DNA of 64,000 bases from contig OZ241328.1 of NCBI GenBank assembly GCA_965199995.1, forward strand, positions 2,060,627 to 2,124,626, in the 5' to 3' direction. This document shows, in pieces, positions 35,272 through 45,445 of this stretch (the stretch's first letter is position 1; the number at the start of each line of letters is the position of its first letter). The stretch comes from Dehalococcoidia bacterium. GTDB lineage: Bacteria; Chloroflexota; Dehalococcoidia; Lucifugimonadales; UBA3495. The translations under genes were made by a program, and so were the position numbers. The notes under the pieces are model-generated. The model had not been told where the DNA came from. It saw only the letters and a program-made list of their open reading frames with translations, and did no database searches.

Positions 35272-37311
35272 ATGGATGCCAACAGTATAAGAAACGTAGC
35301 CCTGCTGTCCCATTCCGGCGCCGGCAAAACTTCGCTCTGCGAGTCGGCTCTCTTCAGCACCAAGGCGGTGACCCGCCAAGGGAGAATCGAGGACGGCAAC
35401 ACCGTATCCGACTACGAGCCGGAGGAAATCAAGCGGGGCGGTAGCATCCAGACCACCCTCATCGCCGTCACCGACGGAGGCTGCAAAATTAACTTCCTCG
35501 ACACCCCTGGATACGATGACTTCCGCGGCGAAGTCGTTAGCGCCTTGCGCGTCGTCGAAGCCGCGGCCATCCTGGTAGACGCCACCTCCGGCGTGGACGT
35601 CGGCACCGAACGCGGCTGGAGTATGTGCGAAGAGGCCGGTCTCGCCCGCCTCATCGTAATCAACAAAATGGACCGGGAAAACGCGGACTTCAACCGTAAC
35701 GTCGCTGATATTCAAGCTACCTTTGGCCGTCAGTGCATCCCCTTCCAGATACCCCTTGGCCAGGCCGCCGACTTTGCGGGCGTCGTCAGCGTGACCGGCC
35801 CCAACGCCGCCGTCCCCGCCGAACTGGCCGACGAAGTCGAAGCCGCCCGGGAGCGTCTCATCGAGGCGGCCGCCGAGAGCGATGACGAATTGGCCGACCG
35901 CTATCTCAGCGGCGATGCGCTGACCGCCGAAGAGATTGAATCAGCCCTGCGAGGTGCTGTCCTCCGCGGCGAGCTTGTCCCAATCCTCGCCACTGCCGCC
36001 ACCGAAGGCGTCGGCGTCCTCGATTTCCTGGCCATGACCCGATCCTATATGCCTTCGCCGCTGGACGGCCTCAAGCCCACCCTCACCAAGTCCGGATCCA
36101 CCGATGAAGTATCCTTCGAGGCCAACCCAGGCGCTCCCCTAGCCGCCTTCGTCTTCAAGACCACCGCCGACCCGTTCGTCGGCAAGCTCTCCCTCTTCCG
36201 CGTGTATCAGGGAACCCTCAAGAGCAACTCCGAAGTCTATGACGCCAACCAAGGCCAGTCGGAAAGGGTTGGCCAGCTCTACCTGCCAAAAGGCAAGAAT
36301 CAGGAGAACCTGACCGAGGTAACCGCCGGCGACATCGGCGCGGTGGGCAAGCTGTCCTCCACCGTAACTGGCGACACTCTTTGCGCCCGCGACAATCAGG
36401 TAACCTTCGACCCCATCCGAATTCCTGTGGGATACTACCGGGTGGCCGTGTCTCCGGCCTCCAAGGCCGACCTAGACAAGATGTCCCTGGCCCTGGGCCG
36501 CATCGTTGAAGAAGACCCCAGCCTCCAGATGTCCCGCAACGCCAGCACCAGCGAAACCCTCATTACCGGCTTGGGCGAGGCCCAGATTGACGTTGCCATA
36601 GACAAAATTAAACGCAAGTTTGGCGCCGAACTCCGCGTCAGACTCCCTCGCGTACCCTACCGCGAGACCATCACCCGCACCACCCAGACCGAATACCGCC
36701 ACAAAAAGCAGTCCGGCGGGCATGGCCAGTTCGGCCACGTGTTGCTCCGCCTCGAACCCATGGATCGCGACCAGGGTTTCCAGTTCGGCAATGAAGTCGT
36801 CGGCGGCCGTGTTCCCAGGGAATACATCCCCTCCGTCGAGAAGGGCGTGGTCAAGGCCATGGACGAAGGCTCCCTCGCCGGATACCCCTTGGTTGACCTC
36901 CGCGCCATCCTCTATGACGGCAGCTTCCACAGCGTAGATTCCTCTGGGATGTCCTTCGAGATAGCCAGCATTCAGGCCATCAAGAAAGGCGTCAGCGAGG
37001 CCAGCCCCATTCTGCTGGAGCCGGTTATGCGCCTCTCGGTCACGGTGCCCGACGCCTACACCGGCGACGTGATGAGCGACCTGAACGGCAAGCGTGGCCG
37101 CATTTTGGGAATGAACCCAGAGGGCCGCGTAACGGTCATAGACGCGGAAGTCCCCCAGTCCGAGTTGTTGCGATACGCTCAAGACCTCCGCTCCCTCACC
37201 CAGGGGCGCGGCTACTACTCCATGGAGTACGACCACTACGAACCCGTACCCCAGAACCTAGAAGGGAAAGTTATCGAGGAAGCCAAGCGTCTCCGCGAAG
37301 AGGATGACTAA
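35272..37311 (+). CDS. Elongation factor G family GTPase (EF-G2-like paralogue, outside an str operon)
   Basis: 679 aa. G1 SHSGAGKTS, G3 DTPGYDDF, G4 NKMD, and a full five-domain length. Confidence 0.85.
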   Translation: MDANSIRNVALLSHSGAGKTSLCESALFSTKAVTRQGRIEDGNTVSDYEPEEIKRGGSIQTTLIAVTDGGCKINFLDTPGYDDFRGEVVSALRVVEAAAILVDATSGVDVGTERGWSMCEEAGLARLIVINKMDRENADFNRNVADIQATFGRQCIPFQIPLGQAADFAGVVSVTGPNAAVPAELADEVEAARERLIEAAAESDDELADRYLSGDALTAEEIESALRGAVLRGELVPILATAATEGVGVLDFLAMTRSYMPSPLDGLKPTLTKSGSTDEVSFEANPGAPLAAFVFKTTADPFVGKLSLFRVYQGTLKSNSEVYDANQGQSERVGQLYLPKGKNQENLTEVTAGDIGAVGKLSSTVTGDTLCARDNQVTFDPIRIPVGYYRVAVSPASKADLDKMSLALGRIVEEDPSLQMSRNASTSETLITGLGEAQIDVAIDKIKRKFGAELRVRLPRVPYRETITRTTQTEYRHKKQSGGHGQFGHVLLRLEPMDRDQGFQFGNEVVGGRVPREYIPSVEKGVVKAMDEGSLAGYPLVDLRAILYDGSFHSVDSSGMSFEIASIQAIKKGVSEASPILLEPVMRLSVTVPDAYTGDVMSDLNGKRGRILGMNPEGRVTVIDAEVPQSELLRYAQDLRSLTQGRGYYSMEYDHYEPVPQNLEGKVIEEAKRLREEDD

Positions 37312-37337
37312 CTCCAGGGCGCACGTCCCGGCTAATC

Positions 37338-37372
37338 CTGAGAGGGGCGGGTATGAAACCCGCCTCTCTCAG
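37338..37372 (+). terminator. Intrinsic-terminator-like hairpin after the EF-G paralogue
   Basis: CTGAGAGGGGCGGG-TATGAAA-CCCGCCTCTCTCAG with one mismatch. The U-tract is weak. Confidence 0.45.
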
Positions 37373-37899
37373 TTGTAATACTTAGGTGCTTACAAGAGGG
37401 GCATAAACTCACTGCTTGTTGTTCGTCTGCGAGAAGGCTGCATACAACTCTGATACGGGTGTTCGTTGCCGCCAATGCAGCGAAAATGCAGAAACCAGCC
37501 TCAGCGAGCCGTCGCGCCAGAGTTATCAGAATCTGTGATGAATTTATACTGTAATGTAGTAATAAGGAGTTACAGGGGTTAGTAATACAAATGAAATACA
37601 GTGGGATTTACGCCCGGAAGGACGCGCTTGGAGGGCTGAGGGCCTCTCCCGCTACCCTATGGCTCCGGAAAAATTGAGCTAATTCAAGGCAAGCTATTCT
37701 GGGGGGAAGAACAGCGGCTGACTATGCTGGCTCTCCTGTTGGAAAATGTGGGGGTTGACCAAGCCGTGCGCATAGGAGACCCCGCCGTCTGGCGGGCCGC
37801 AGTAGCAAAGCTCCGGCTTTCCTGGCACCATACCTGCGGCCCGGCCTTTCTCTGCCCGTCCGCATCGGACAAACAGCAGTCTCAAAGCAGCCGACGCGG

Positions 37900-39564
37900 C
37901 TAGAACGCCCAGGAAGGTTGATATTCCCCAAATACGTTGCGGAAAACGTCCATCATCTCGCCCAGCGTCGCATACGACTTCACTGCGTCAATCAGCGGCG
38001 GCATCAGGTTTTCGTTGCCCCTCGCCGCAGCTTCCAAGGCTCGCAGCTTCTCCGCCACGTCGCGGTTATCGCGGACACGGCGCACTTCGTTGATGCCCTC
38101 AATTTGCAAACGCTCGCCCTCTCGATCCACGCGGAGCAGCGGTATGTCTATTTCTTCGCCAGTATTATATTCGTTGACGCCCACGGTAATGCGTTCCTTG
38201 CGGTCCTCTTCCATCTGGTAGATGTAGGCGGCTTCGGCTATTTCCCGTTGCAGGAAGCCGGTCTCCAGTGCGGGAATCACCCCACCCACATCCTCGATGC
38301 GCCGGAAGTAATCGTAGCTGCCGGATTCCATCTGATCCGTCATCACCTCTAGGAAATAGCTGCCCCCCAGCGGGTCAACTGTGTCGGTCACGCCGGTTTC
38401 GTGGGCGATTATCTGCTGGGTGCGAAGGGCCTGCAAGGCCGCCTCTTCTGAGGGCAGCGCCCAAGCCTCGTCCTTGCTGTTGGTGTGGAGGGACTGGCAG
38501 CCTCCCAGGACGGCGGCCAGGGCCTGGAGCGAAACGCGAACCACGTTGTTATCCGGCTGCTGGGCGGTCAGCGACTGGCCGGAGGTCTGGGCGTGGAAGC
38601 GTAGCTTGTGGGAACGGCTGTCGGTGGCCCCAAAGGTGTCGCGCATTTCTTGGGCCCAGATACGGCGGGCGGCGCGAAACTTTCCGATTTCTTCAAAGAA
38701 GTTGTTATGCACATTGAAGAAAAAACTCAGCCGCGGCGCGAACTCGTCCACGCTTAAGCCTCGCTCCTGGGCATGGCGCACGTACTCAAAGCCGTCGGCT
38801 AGAGTGAAGGCCAGTTCCTGAACGGCGTTGGAGCCGGCCTCGCGAATGTGATAGCCGCTGATGCTGATGGGGTTCCAACGCGGCACGTGCCTTGCGGCGA
38901 ATTCCACCGTATCCGTAACCAGCCTCATGGATGGCTGTGGCGGGAAGATGTACTCGTTCTGGGCAATGTATTCCTTCAGAATATCGTTCTGGATGGTGCC
39001 GCCCACTTTCTCCAGCGACGCGCCCTGCTTCTCGGCCAGCGCCAAATACATGGCCCAGATAATGGCGGCAGGAGCGTTGATGGTCATAGAGGTAGTTATT
39101 CCATCCAGCCGGATGCCGTCGAACAGTGTCTCCATATCGGCTAGAGAGGAAACGGCCACGCCGCAGGTGCCGAACTCTCCGAAGGCGCGAGGGTCATCGG
39201 TATCGTATCCGTAGAGGGTGGGCATATCGAAGGCCACCGAGAGGCCGGTCTGTCCCTGCTCCAGCAGGAACTTGAATCGCTCGTTAGTTTCCTGGGGGCG
39301 CCCAAACCCAGCAAACATACGGAAGGTCCACAGCCGCCCCCGGTATCCGGAGTCGTGTATGCCCCGCAGGTAGGGGAATTCCCCTGGCAGACCCACCGAC
39401 TCCATATAGTCCTCGCGGGCGGTGTCGGCAGCGGTGTAAAGCTGCTCCACCGGCAACTGCGAGGGCGTGCGAAACTCCGGGCGGCGCTGGGCCGCCGAGT
39501 CCTGACGATCCCGCCAACTGGCGGCGCGCTCGTTCAGCTTCTGCAATTCCTGGTCGAAACTCAA
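37900..39564 (-). CDS. Methylmalonyl-CoA mutase family, large catalytic (substrate-binding barrel) subunit without a B12-binding domain
   Basis: 554 aa. [34 protein letters not shown]-type region. TTG start. Confidence 0.85.
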   Translation of the reverse strand: MSFDQELQKLNERAASWRDRQDSAAQRRPEFRTPSQLPVEQLYTAADTAREDYMESVGLPGEFPYLRGIHDSGYRGRLWTFRMFAGFGRPQETNERFKFLLEQGQTGLSVAFDMPTLYGYDTDDPRAFGEFGTCGVAVSSLADMETLFDGIRLDGITTSMTINAPAAIIWAMYLALAEKQGASLEKVGGTIQNDILKEYIAQNEYIFPPQPSMRLVTDTVEFAARHVPRWNPISISGYHIREAGSNAVQELAFTLADGFEYVRHAQERGLSVDEFAPRLSFFFNVHNNFFEEIGKFRAARRIWAQEMRDTFGATDSRSHKLRFHAQTSGQSLTAQQPDNNVVRVSLQALAAVLGGCQSLHTNSKDEAWALPSEEAALQALRTQQIIAHETGVTDTVDPLGGSYFLEVMTDQMESGSYDYFRRIEDVGGVIPALETGFLQREIAEAAYIYQMEEDRKERITVGVNEYNTGEEIDIPLLRVDREGERLQIEGINEVRRVRDNRDVAEKLRALEAAARGNENLMPPLIDAVKSYATLGEMMDVFRNVFGEYQPSWAF

Positions 39565-39789
39565 GGGAATACCTCACTGTGCGATGGATTTACTCCCACC
39601 CCAATCCTTTCGTTCTACAGAGGATGGGGAAGAAGCAACGGCACAAATCAGCGGCCGGTAGAGATCTCTGTAATGGTCAGTCTAGTCAGCGGCGACGGCC
39701 AGTGTCAACGCGGGAGGAAAGGGCGCCACGTGAGTATCGCCCCGCGAATGCGGACGCAGTTTGTTCCACCAGCTATCTTCTAGGGTATA

Positions 39790-40164
39790 ATGGCGTTGAC
39801 GGCAGAGCGGACAACGATAGTATATTTGCAAGCAGGAGCATACATCGGTATTATGCTCGCCGTTTTGGGAGTGCCGCAAATGCTGTCCAGCTACTTCGAC
39901 CTTAGAGCGCGCCGGCAGGCGGAAGAGCGGCGCTGGGAAGAACAGCGGCAGGGCGAAGAGCGGCGCCGGCAGGACTTAGATGCCGCCGAGCGCCGTCATC
40001 AAGAAATTATGACCCTGCTCATCGCCTCTCTAAACAATGGCAGCCGACAGGAGACCGGTCAAAGCGAACTCGTTCGCACCCTGCAACAGACCGTAACGGA
40101 ACTCCAGGCCGAGAACGAGAGACTTCGCCAACAGAACGGCAACGGCTCGTCACAATCGCCGTGA
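39790..40164 (+). CDS. Hypothetical protein with one TM helix and an Arg/Glu/Gln-rich coiled coil
   Basis: ORF only. A TATAAT box overlaps the annotated ATG, so the true start may be Met at 39853. Confidence 0.3.
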   Translation: MALTAERTTIVYLQAGAYIGIMLAVLGVPQMLSSYFDLRARRQAEERRWEEQRQGEERRRQDLDAAERRHQEIMTLLIASLNNGSRQETGQSELVRTLQQTVTELQAENERLRQQNGNGSSQSP

Positions 40165-40203
40165 CCGCTCTCTTTCGCCGGATGAGGATTAGGGGGGCGG
40201 CAA

Positions 40204-41469
40204 CTAGGCCGTAAAGCGGACGAAGCGGCGGCGGCCCGCCCGCAGTACGTCGCCGACGGACGGAGAGAGGTCGGCCCGGTCATCCTCAAGACGAGTGGAG
40301 ACTCCTGTGGGAGGTATAAGCTCAACGGCTCCTTGCGAGAGCAACCGGCGGGCCTCGCCGTTACTGGATGCTAGGCCGGCGGCCACCAGCAAGCGGTCAG
40401 CCCGGATGACCGGGCTTTCGTCCTCAGCCTTCAGCGAGAGGGTATGTAGTGCGGACAGCGACACTTCCGGCACCTCATCCGGCAGGCTGCGGCCTTGCAC
40501 CACGCGCTCGAAGTGGGACTGGGCAGCGGCAGCGGCAACGGCGCCATGGAACTGGTTGGTAATATCCCATGCCAGCCGCTTTTTATGCTCCATCGGATTG
40601 ACGGCGTCCTGGTCTATGTCGCGTTCCAAGTCTGTCAGGTCAGAGGATGGCAAGTCGGTTAGCAGTTCGAAATACCGGACAATCATATTGTCGGCGATGG
40701 ACATTACCTTGCCGTACATATCCACCGGGGCCTCGTCAACGGCGATATAGTTGTCGAGGCTCTTACTCATCTTCTGCACGCCGTCGGTGCCGGGGAGAAT
40801 GGGCATCATGAAGCACTGCTGCGGCGTCTGGCCCATCATTTCTTGCAGTTCCCGGCCAACCAGAAGGTTGAACATCTGGTCGGTGCCGCCAAACTCCACA
40901 TCGGACTCAATAGCCACGGAATCATAGGCCTGGAGCAGCGGATAAAGCAATTCCGTGATAGCTATGGGGCGCTGCTCGGAGAATCGCTGAGCGAAGTCGG
41001 ACCGTTGCAGAAACTGGGCTACCGTGAAGCGCCCGGTCAGGCCGATGACGTCAGCCAGGGTGAACTTGCCGAACCACTCGCTTTGCTCAACCACTTGGGT
41101 ACGGTCTCGGTCTACCACCTTGAAGAACTGGCGCAGATAGGACTGGGCGTTGTCCATCACCTGTTCGTGGGTCAGCATGGGACGGGTCGCCGATTGTCCG
41201 CTGGGGTCGCCAATCTGAGCTGTCCAGTCGCCAACGATGAGGATGACCTGGTGGCCGCCCAAATCCTGCAATTGACGCAATTTGCGGAGTCCGACTGTAT
41301 GGCCGAGGTGAATATCAGGACGGCTAGGGTCAAAACCCATCTTGAGGCGCAAAGAACGGCCCGATTGCAACAGACGAACGAACTCCTCCTCGGAAATGAT
41401 GTGGTCAACACCACGTTTAGTAATCGCGTCCAGCGACTCGGCGCTGAGCATGGATTGAGACTCTACCAT
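40204..41469 (-). CDS. tyrS: Tyrosine--tRNA ligase
   Basis: 421 aa. HLGH (HIGH), KMSKS, C-terminal S4-like domain. Confidence 0.9.
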   Translation of the reverse strand: MVESQSMLSAESLDAITKRGVDHIISEEEFVRLLQSGRSLRLKMGFDPSRPDIHLGHTVGLRKLRQLQDLGGHQVILIVGDWTAQIGDPSGQSATRPMLTHEQVMDNAQSYLRQFFKVVDRDRTQVVEQSEWFGKFTLADVIGLTGRFTVAQFLQRSDFAQRFSEQRPIAITELLYPLLQAYDSVAIESDVEFGGTDQMFNLLVGRELQEMMGQTPQQCFMMPILPGTDGVQKMSKSLDNYIAVDEAPVDMYGKVMSIADNMIVRYFELLTDLPSSDLTDLERDIDQDAVNPMEHKKRLAWDITNQFHGAVAAAAAQSHFERVVQGRSLPDEVPEVSLSALHTLSLKAEDESPVIRADRLLVAAGLASSNGEARRLLSQGAVELIPPTGVSTRLEDDRADLSPSVGDVLRAGRRRFVRFTA

Positions 41470-41475
41470 GCTAAT

Positions 41476-42459
41476 CTATACCTGAGCGCAGGGTGGGGAA
41501 GAAGGCGGTCTTTCTTCTCCAGGGATGGGGATGGAAGACTCGGCTCCAGCCAGCGCATCTCGTGAGTCAGCTACGTCCTGTCCAATCTGGGCAATCAGAT
41601 TGTCGATGTCCGCGAAGGTCTCTTGGTTCCGGACCTTCTCGACAAACTCCACCGTCATCTGCTGGCCGTAAAGGTCGCCGCTGAAGTCCATCACATATAC
41701 CTCCACCAGCCGCTGCGTCAGACCGAAGGTCGGGCGAACTCCGATGGACGTGGCCGAAAAATGGCGCTTTCCGCCGAAGTGGGCCCATGTGGCGTAGATA
41801 CCGTCCCCGGGCCACAATAGACCTGGATAGACTTCTATGTTAGCCGTAGGAAATCCCAGAGTGCGGCCCCGCTGGTCGCCAACAACCACAGTTCCGCTCA
41901 AGGAGTGATTGCGGCCCAGAAGTCCGGCCCCCCGGGAGACGTCTCCGGCAACCAGGGCCTCGCGGATGACGCGGCTCTTTACAGGTTGGCCGTTTATCTC
42001 CAAGGGCGGCACCGAACGCACCCAGAAGCCCAGCCTCTCGCCCTCCGCCTGCATATAGGCCAGGTCGCCCTCGCGCCCTTGCCCCAGGGCCGAGTCGGGG
42101 CCAAGCACCAAGCCCTTCATTCGCAGGGAGTTGCACAGCAGTTCGGCGAACCGGCGCGCAGAAACGCGGGAAAGCTCCTCGGTAAACTCTAGGGGGGCAA
42201 CCAGCTCTATACCTGCCTCCAAGAGCAAGCTAACCTTTTGCTCGGGTGTGGTAAGGTAGCTGGGGAAAGTGCCGGGGCGGAAAACGGTGACCGGGCGGTT
42301 AGAGAAGGTAACAACGCCGGGAGCGCAGCTTGGACCGGCCCAGGCAATCAGGTGGTCGAGCAGGTGCCGGTGGCCCAGATGCACGCCATCGAACACGCCG
42401 ACGGTAAGCACCGTGTCCCTCTCCGGCGCGTATCCGGCCAAGCGCTGGCTGAAGCTCAT
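41476..42459 (-). CDS. ribF: Bifunctional riboflavin kinase / FMN adenylyltransferase
   Basis: 327 aa. GVFDGVHLGH, GFPTANI, ...FVEKVRNQETF. Confidence 0.9.
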   Translation of the reverse strand: MSFSQRLAGYAPERDTVLTVGVFDGVHLGHRHLLDHLIAWAGPSCAPGVVTFSNRPVTVFRPGTFPSYLTTPEQKVSLLLEAGIELVAPLEFTEELSRVSARRFAELLCNSLRMKGLVLGPDSALGQGREGDLAYMQAEGERLGFWVRSVPPLEINGQPVKSRVIREALVAGDVSRGAGLLGRNHSLSGTVVVGDQRGRTLGFPTANIEVYPGLLWPGDGIYATWAHFGGKRHFSATSIGVRPTFGLTQRLVEVYVMDFSGDLYGQQMTVEFVEKVRNQETFADIDNLIAQIGQDVADSRDALAGAESSIPIPGEERPPSSPPCAQV

Positions 42460-42676
42460 CGGTTTTGTGTTCCCCTACTCGTCACCGAATGCCAGTTGTC
42501 CGCTGCGGAGTGTATTCCGTGGCGCGGATGTTAGCACAGCGCTCCAAGAGCGTCAACTTGGGCAACGCCTGAGTACGTCCTCATATTTTGGTAAAATTCT
42601 TAAAATTGGAAAAAATTCGCGCCAGCTATCAAGTAGCGAGAGATTTAGGCTTGTATAATTTCAACTTGTCCGAACC

Positions 42677-43249
42677 ATGCGCATAGGTGGCGGGGAGGCT
42701 CGAGGGCGGCGGCTCAAGGGCGCAGTGGCTCCGGGAGTACGCCCCACCACTGAGCGCGTGAGAGCAGCGATTTTTAACATCCTGGATACGGGACAATACC
42801 AGGATAGCCGTGTTCTCGACCTGTTCGCAGGCACCGGCAGCCTGGGCATAGAAGCCCTCAGCCGGGGCGCAGGATGGGCCGACTTCGTTGAGCGAGACCG
42901 AAGACAGTGCGCCGTTATCAGGGATAACCTGATAACGGCGGGGTTCGACGAAAGGAGCGCAGTATATCAGGGAGACGCTATCCGCTTCCTGAACGCACTG
43001 CCAGGCGACTACTCTCTGGTGCTGCTGGACCCCCCGTATCGAGCCGGGGCGTTCCATCCGGTTATGGAAGCTATCGCGCGCCGGCCCAACCTCACGGCTC
43101 TGAACGCGATAGTAGTAGCCGGGCACTCCCGTCAAACGGAACTGCGGGCCGCCTATGACGCCCTGCGGCGGATTATTCTTCGGCAGTATGGAGACAATGT
43201 GGTTGAGTTCTATCTGAACGATCCGAAGGGGGCCGGAACTGCATGGTAG
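42677..43249 (+). CDS. rsmD: 16S rRNA (guanine966-N2)-methyltransferase
   Basis: RPTTERVRAAIFNIL, DLFAGTGSLGIEALSRGA, LDPPY. Confidence 0.85.
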   Translation: MRIGGGEARGRRLKGAVAPGVRPTTERVRAAIFNILDTGQYQDSRVLDLFAGTGSLGIEALSRGAGWADFVERDRRQCAVIRDNLITAGFDERSAVYQGDAIRFLNALPGDYSLVLLDPPYRAGAFHPVMEAIARRPNLTALNAIVVAGHSRQTELRAAYDALRRIILRQYGDNVVEFYLNDPKGAGTAW

Positions 43250-43737
43250 TCGCGCTGTATCCCGGCAGTTTCGACCCGGTCACCGTGGGCCATCTGGACA
43301 TTGCCGCCCGCGCCTCGGCTTTATTCGACGAGGTAGTGGTCAGTGTCTATGACACGCCGTCCAAGAGCCTGCTGTTCACCACCAACGAGCGGGTTGAACT
43401 GCTGGAGAAAGCCTGCGAACACCTGCCCAACCTGCGGGTAGTCAAGTATTCCGGGCTTACCATCAGGTTCGCCCGCGAAATCGGCGCCGGGGTCGTCGTG
43501 CGGGGCCTGCGGAGCGGGGTTGATTTCGAGTATGAATTCGAGATGGCCTTTATGAACCGCAAGCTGGAGCCGGGGGTGGACCTGGTTTGCTTTATGACCT
43601 CGCAGGACTATATGTTCGTGAGTTCCAGTTTATTGAAGGAGGTTGCCAGACTCGGCGGAGACATCAGGGAGATGGTTCCTCCCAATGTGGCGGATGCCTT
43701 ATACGCGAAATTTGGAGATCCGGTCGAAGAAGGGTAG
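43243..43737 (+). CDS. coaD: Pantetheine-phosphate adenylyltransferase
   Basis: YPGSFDPVTVGHLDI, VRGLR...DFEYE. Confidence 0.9.
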   Translation: MVVALYPGSFDPVTVGHLDIAARASALFDEVVVSVYDTPSKSLLFTTNERVELLEKACEHLPNLRVVKYSGLTIRFAREIGAGVVVRGLRSGVDFEYEFEMAFMNRKLEPGVDLVCFMTSQDYMFVSSSLLKEVARLGGDIREMVPPNVADALYAKFGDPVEEG

Positions 43738-43785
43738 TGACCGGGAGAGGGGGCTATCATAGATATTATAAATGTCATCGACAAG

Positions 43786-44286
43786 ATGGAGGCTCTCATA
43801 GACACCAGCAAGGCGGCCCGCGCCGGCGGCCACATTCTGGTTGACCGCACCAAGGCCATGGAGCTGCTTGACCAGTTGCGGCTGGCCGTTCCCAAGGAAG
43901 TGCGCGCCGCCGAGGAAGTGCTGTCTCAGAAAGACCACATCCTCAACTTGGCCCAGACCGAAGCCCGCCGCACCAAGTCCTCGGCAGAGGAAGAATACCG
44001 GGAGCGGCTCAACAAGCACGAACTGGTGCTTCAGGCCGAGCAACGAGCCATGAATATGCTGCGCGACGCCGAGGAACGGGCCCGCCGCATGGTGGACCAG
44101 GCGGAAACTCAGGCCCAGGCCTGCCGAACCGACGCCGACGCCTACGCCTTGCGCAGCCTGCGAACCCTGGAGCGGGAAGTCAGCAACATCAACTCCGTGG
44201 TGCGCCAGGGCATAGATGTGCTCTCCGGCCCGGTCTCGGCCAACCTGTCCTCGCACTACTTCGACGAGCCGGAACTGGTTCGATAG
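43786..44286 (+). CDS. Hypothetical coiled-coil protein (ATPase b/H-subunit-like heptad pattern)
   Basis: ORF with a charged helical repeat. An upstream in-frame AIIDIINVIDK suggests a non-ATG start near 43756-43768. Confidence 0.35.
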   Translation: MEALIDTSKAARAGGHILVDRTKAMELLDQLRLAVPKEVRAAEEVLSQKDHILNLAQTEARRTKSSAEEEYRERLNKHELVLQAEQRAMNMLRDAEERARRMVDQAETQAQACRTDADAYALRSLRTLEREVSNINSVVRQGIDVLSGPVSANLSSHYFDEPELVR

Positions 44287-44355
44287 CGCAATCCCCGGCC
44301 GGCTCGCCCTTTAACCGGCAACGGATAGAGGAGGATTGCCGGAAAGGAAACCATA

Positions 44356-44378
44356 AGGGCAACCGTAACGGTTGCCCT
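44356..44378 (+). terminator. Intrinsic-terminator-like hairpin
   Basis: Perfect 10-bp stem AGGGCAACCG-TAA-CGGTTGCCCT followed by CTTT. Confidence 0.5.
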
Positions 44379-44431
44379 CTTTAGTCCTGGTTGCAACGAG
44401 GTAATGACTGCCGAAGTCCACGCCAGTCGGG

Positions 44432-44461
44432 TTGACACGCAATTTAAGTCAGGAATACAAT
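44432..44461 (+). promoter_or_regulatory. Sigma-70-like promoter candidate
   Basis: TTGACA (44432-44437), 18-nt spacer, TACAAT (44456-44461), about 37 nt upstream of the 44498 start. Confidence 0.4.
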
Positions 44462-44497
44462 TTTTGACTAATTCGGGCTCGTTCGGAGGCATCGCCA

Positions 44498-45049
44498 ATG
44501 AAGCAGATGACTGTTGATAGCATCCGGGTAAGTCCGATGAACTACCAGAGGGTCGTAATCCTGCGGGAGAACGATTCCGATCGATATCTCCCAATCTGGA
44601 TCGGGCCGGCGGAAGCCGACGCCATCGCGGTAAAGCTCCAGGACTTGAGCGTACCGCGCCCTCTGACCCACGACCTGCTGCGCGAGGTCATCGACAAGCT
44701 GGGTGGCTCCATCCGGCATATACTGGTCAATGACTTGCAGAATGACACTTTCTTCGCCACCATTACCATCGACGTAAACGGCTCGCAGGAAGACATTGAC
44801 TGCCGTCCGAGCGACGCCGTAGCCTTGGCCGTGCGCGCTCAAGTCCCTATTTTTGCCAACGAGTCCGTTCTCGACAAGGCAGGCATACAGTTGGACAAAG
44901 AGGGCAACCGGCTCTCCCCGCCGCAACCCGAACAGGCCGTAACCTCCGGGGAGCGGCGCACCGAGGTCAAAGAAGAAGAGTTGGAAGGGATGTCGGCCTT
45001 TACTGATTTTATAGATTCCCTAGACTTGGAAGATTTCGACAACAAGTAA
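44498..45049 (+). CDS. Bifunctional nuclease (BFN/DUF151) family protein
   Basis: RYLPIWIGPAEADAIAVKL....PRPLTHDLL motif. Acidic C-terminal tail. Confidence 0.75.
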   Translation: MKQMTVDSIRVSPMNYQRVVILRENDSDRYLPIWIGPAEADAIAVKLQDLSVPRPLTHDLLREVIDKLGGSIRHILVNDLQNDTFFATITIDVNGSQEDIDCRPSDAVALAVRAQVPIFANESVLDKAGIQLDKEGNRLSPPQPEQAVTSGERRTEVKEEELEGMSAFTDFIDSLDLEDFDNK

Positions 45050-45126
45050 AGGCGCCCAGCCACCGGCCTTGCTGAAATTTCGGCCCTGGCGTTTTCCGCC
45101 GGGGCCGTCTTGGCGAAACCCAGAGT

Positions 45127-45155
45127 TTGACTTTGACTGTATCTGGTGATAAAAT
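45127..45155 (+). promoter_or_regulatory. Sigma-70-like promoter candidate for the ATP synthase operon
   Basis: TTGACT (45127-45132; a second TTGACT follows directly), 17-nt spacer, TAAAAT (45150-45155). Confidence 0.4.
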
Positions 45156-45193
45156 TCCGCCGTTTGAGTTAAGAGCCCTCCGGCCAGAGCGGT

Positions 45194-45445
45194 ATGATGA
45201 ACCGTCGGCTAGTCGCCTTGCGACTCTTGGGGTTGGGATGGTATGTAGCCACCTGCATAGTGGCGGGTGTGGCAGCCGGGATTTTCTTGGACTCCCTTCT
45301 AGGGACAAGGCCGATCCTTACATTGCTGGGCGTTCTGCTCGGAACCGCCGCGGCATTTTACGGACTCTACAAGATGGTGAGCCCCTTGCTTAATCCTGCC
45401 CCGAAACAGCAAAATCCCGGCAGCGACGGGAAGACAAACCCGTGA
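45194..45445 (+). CDS. AtpZ/AtpI-family small membrane protein
   Basis: 83 aa, two TM helices (GLGWYVATCIVAGVAAGIFLD, ILTLLGVLLGTAAAFYGLY). GTGA overlap with atpB. Confidence 0.65.
   Translation: MMNRRLVALRLLGLGWYVATCIVAGVAAGIFLDSLLGTRPILTLLGVLLGTAAAFYGLYKMVSPLLNPAPKQQNPGSDGKTNP

Noticed and set aside
37652-37909. Start-less ORF (…GKIELIQGKLFWGEEQRLTMLALLLENVGVDQAVRIGDP…) in the convergent spacer
   Set aside because: It has no start codon with an RBS and no motif I can assign, and its 3' end runs into the end of the mutase gene. It is noted only as a possible gene relic under the intergenic finding.
42654-42659. TATAAT box 17 nt upstream of the rsmD start as a promoter
   Set aside because: There is no convincing -35 element at 16-18 nt spacing, and it would give a very short leader. 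It is too weak to list as a feature.
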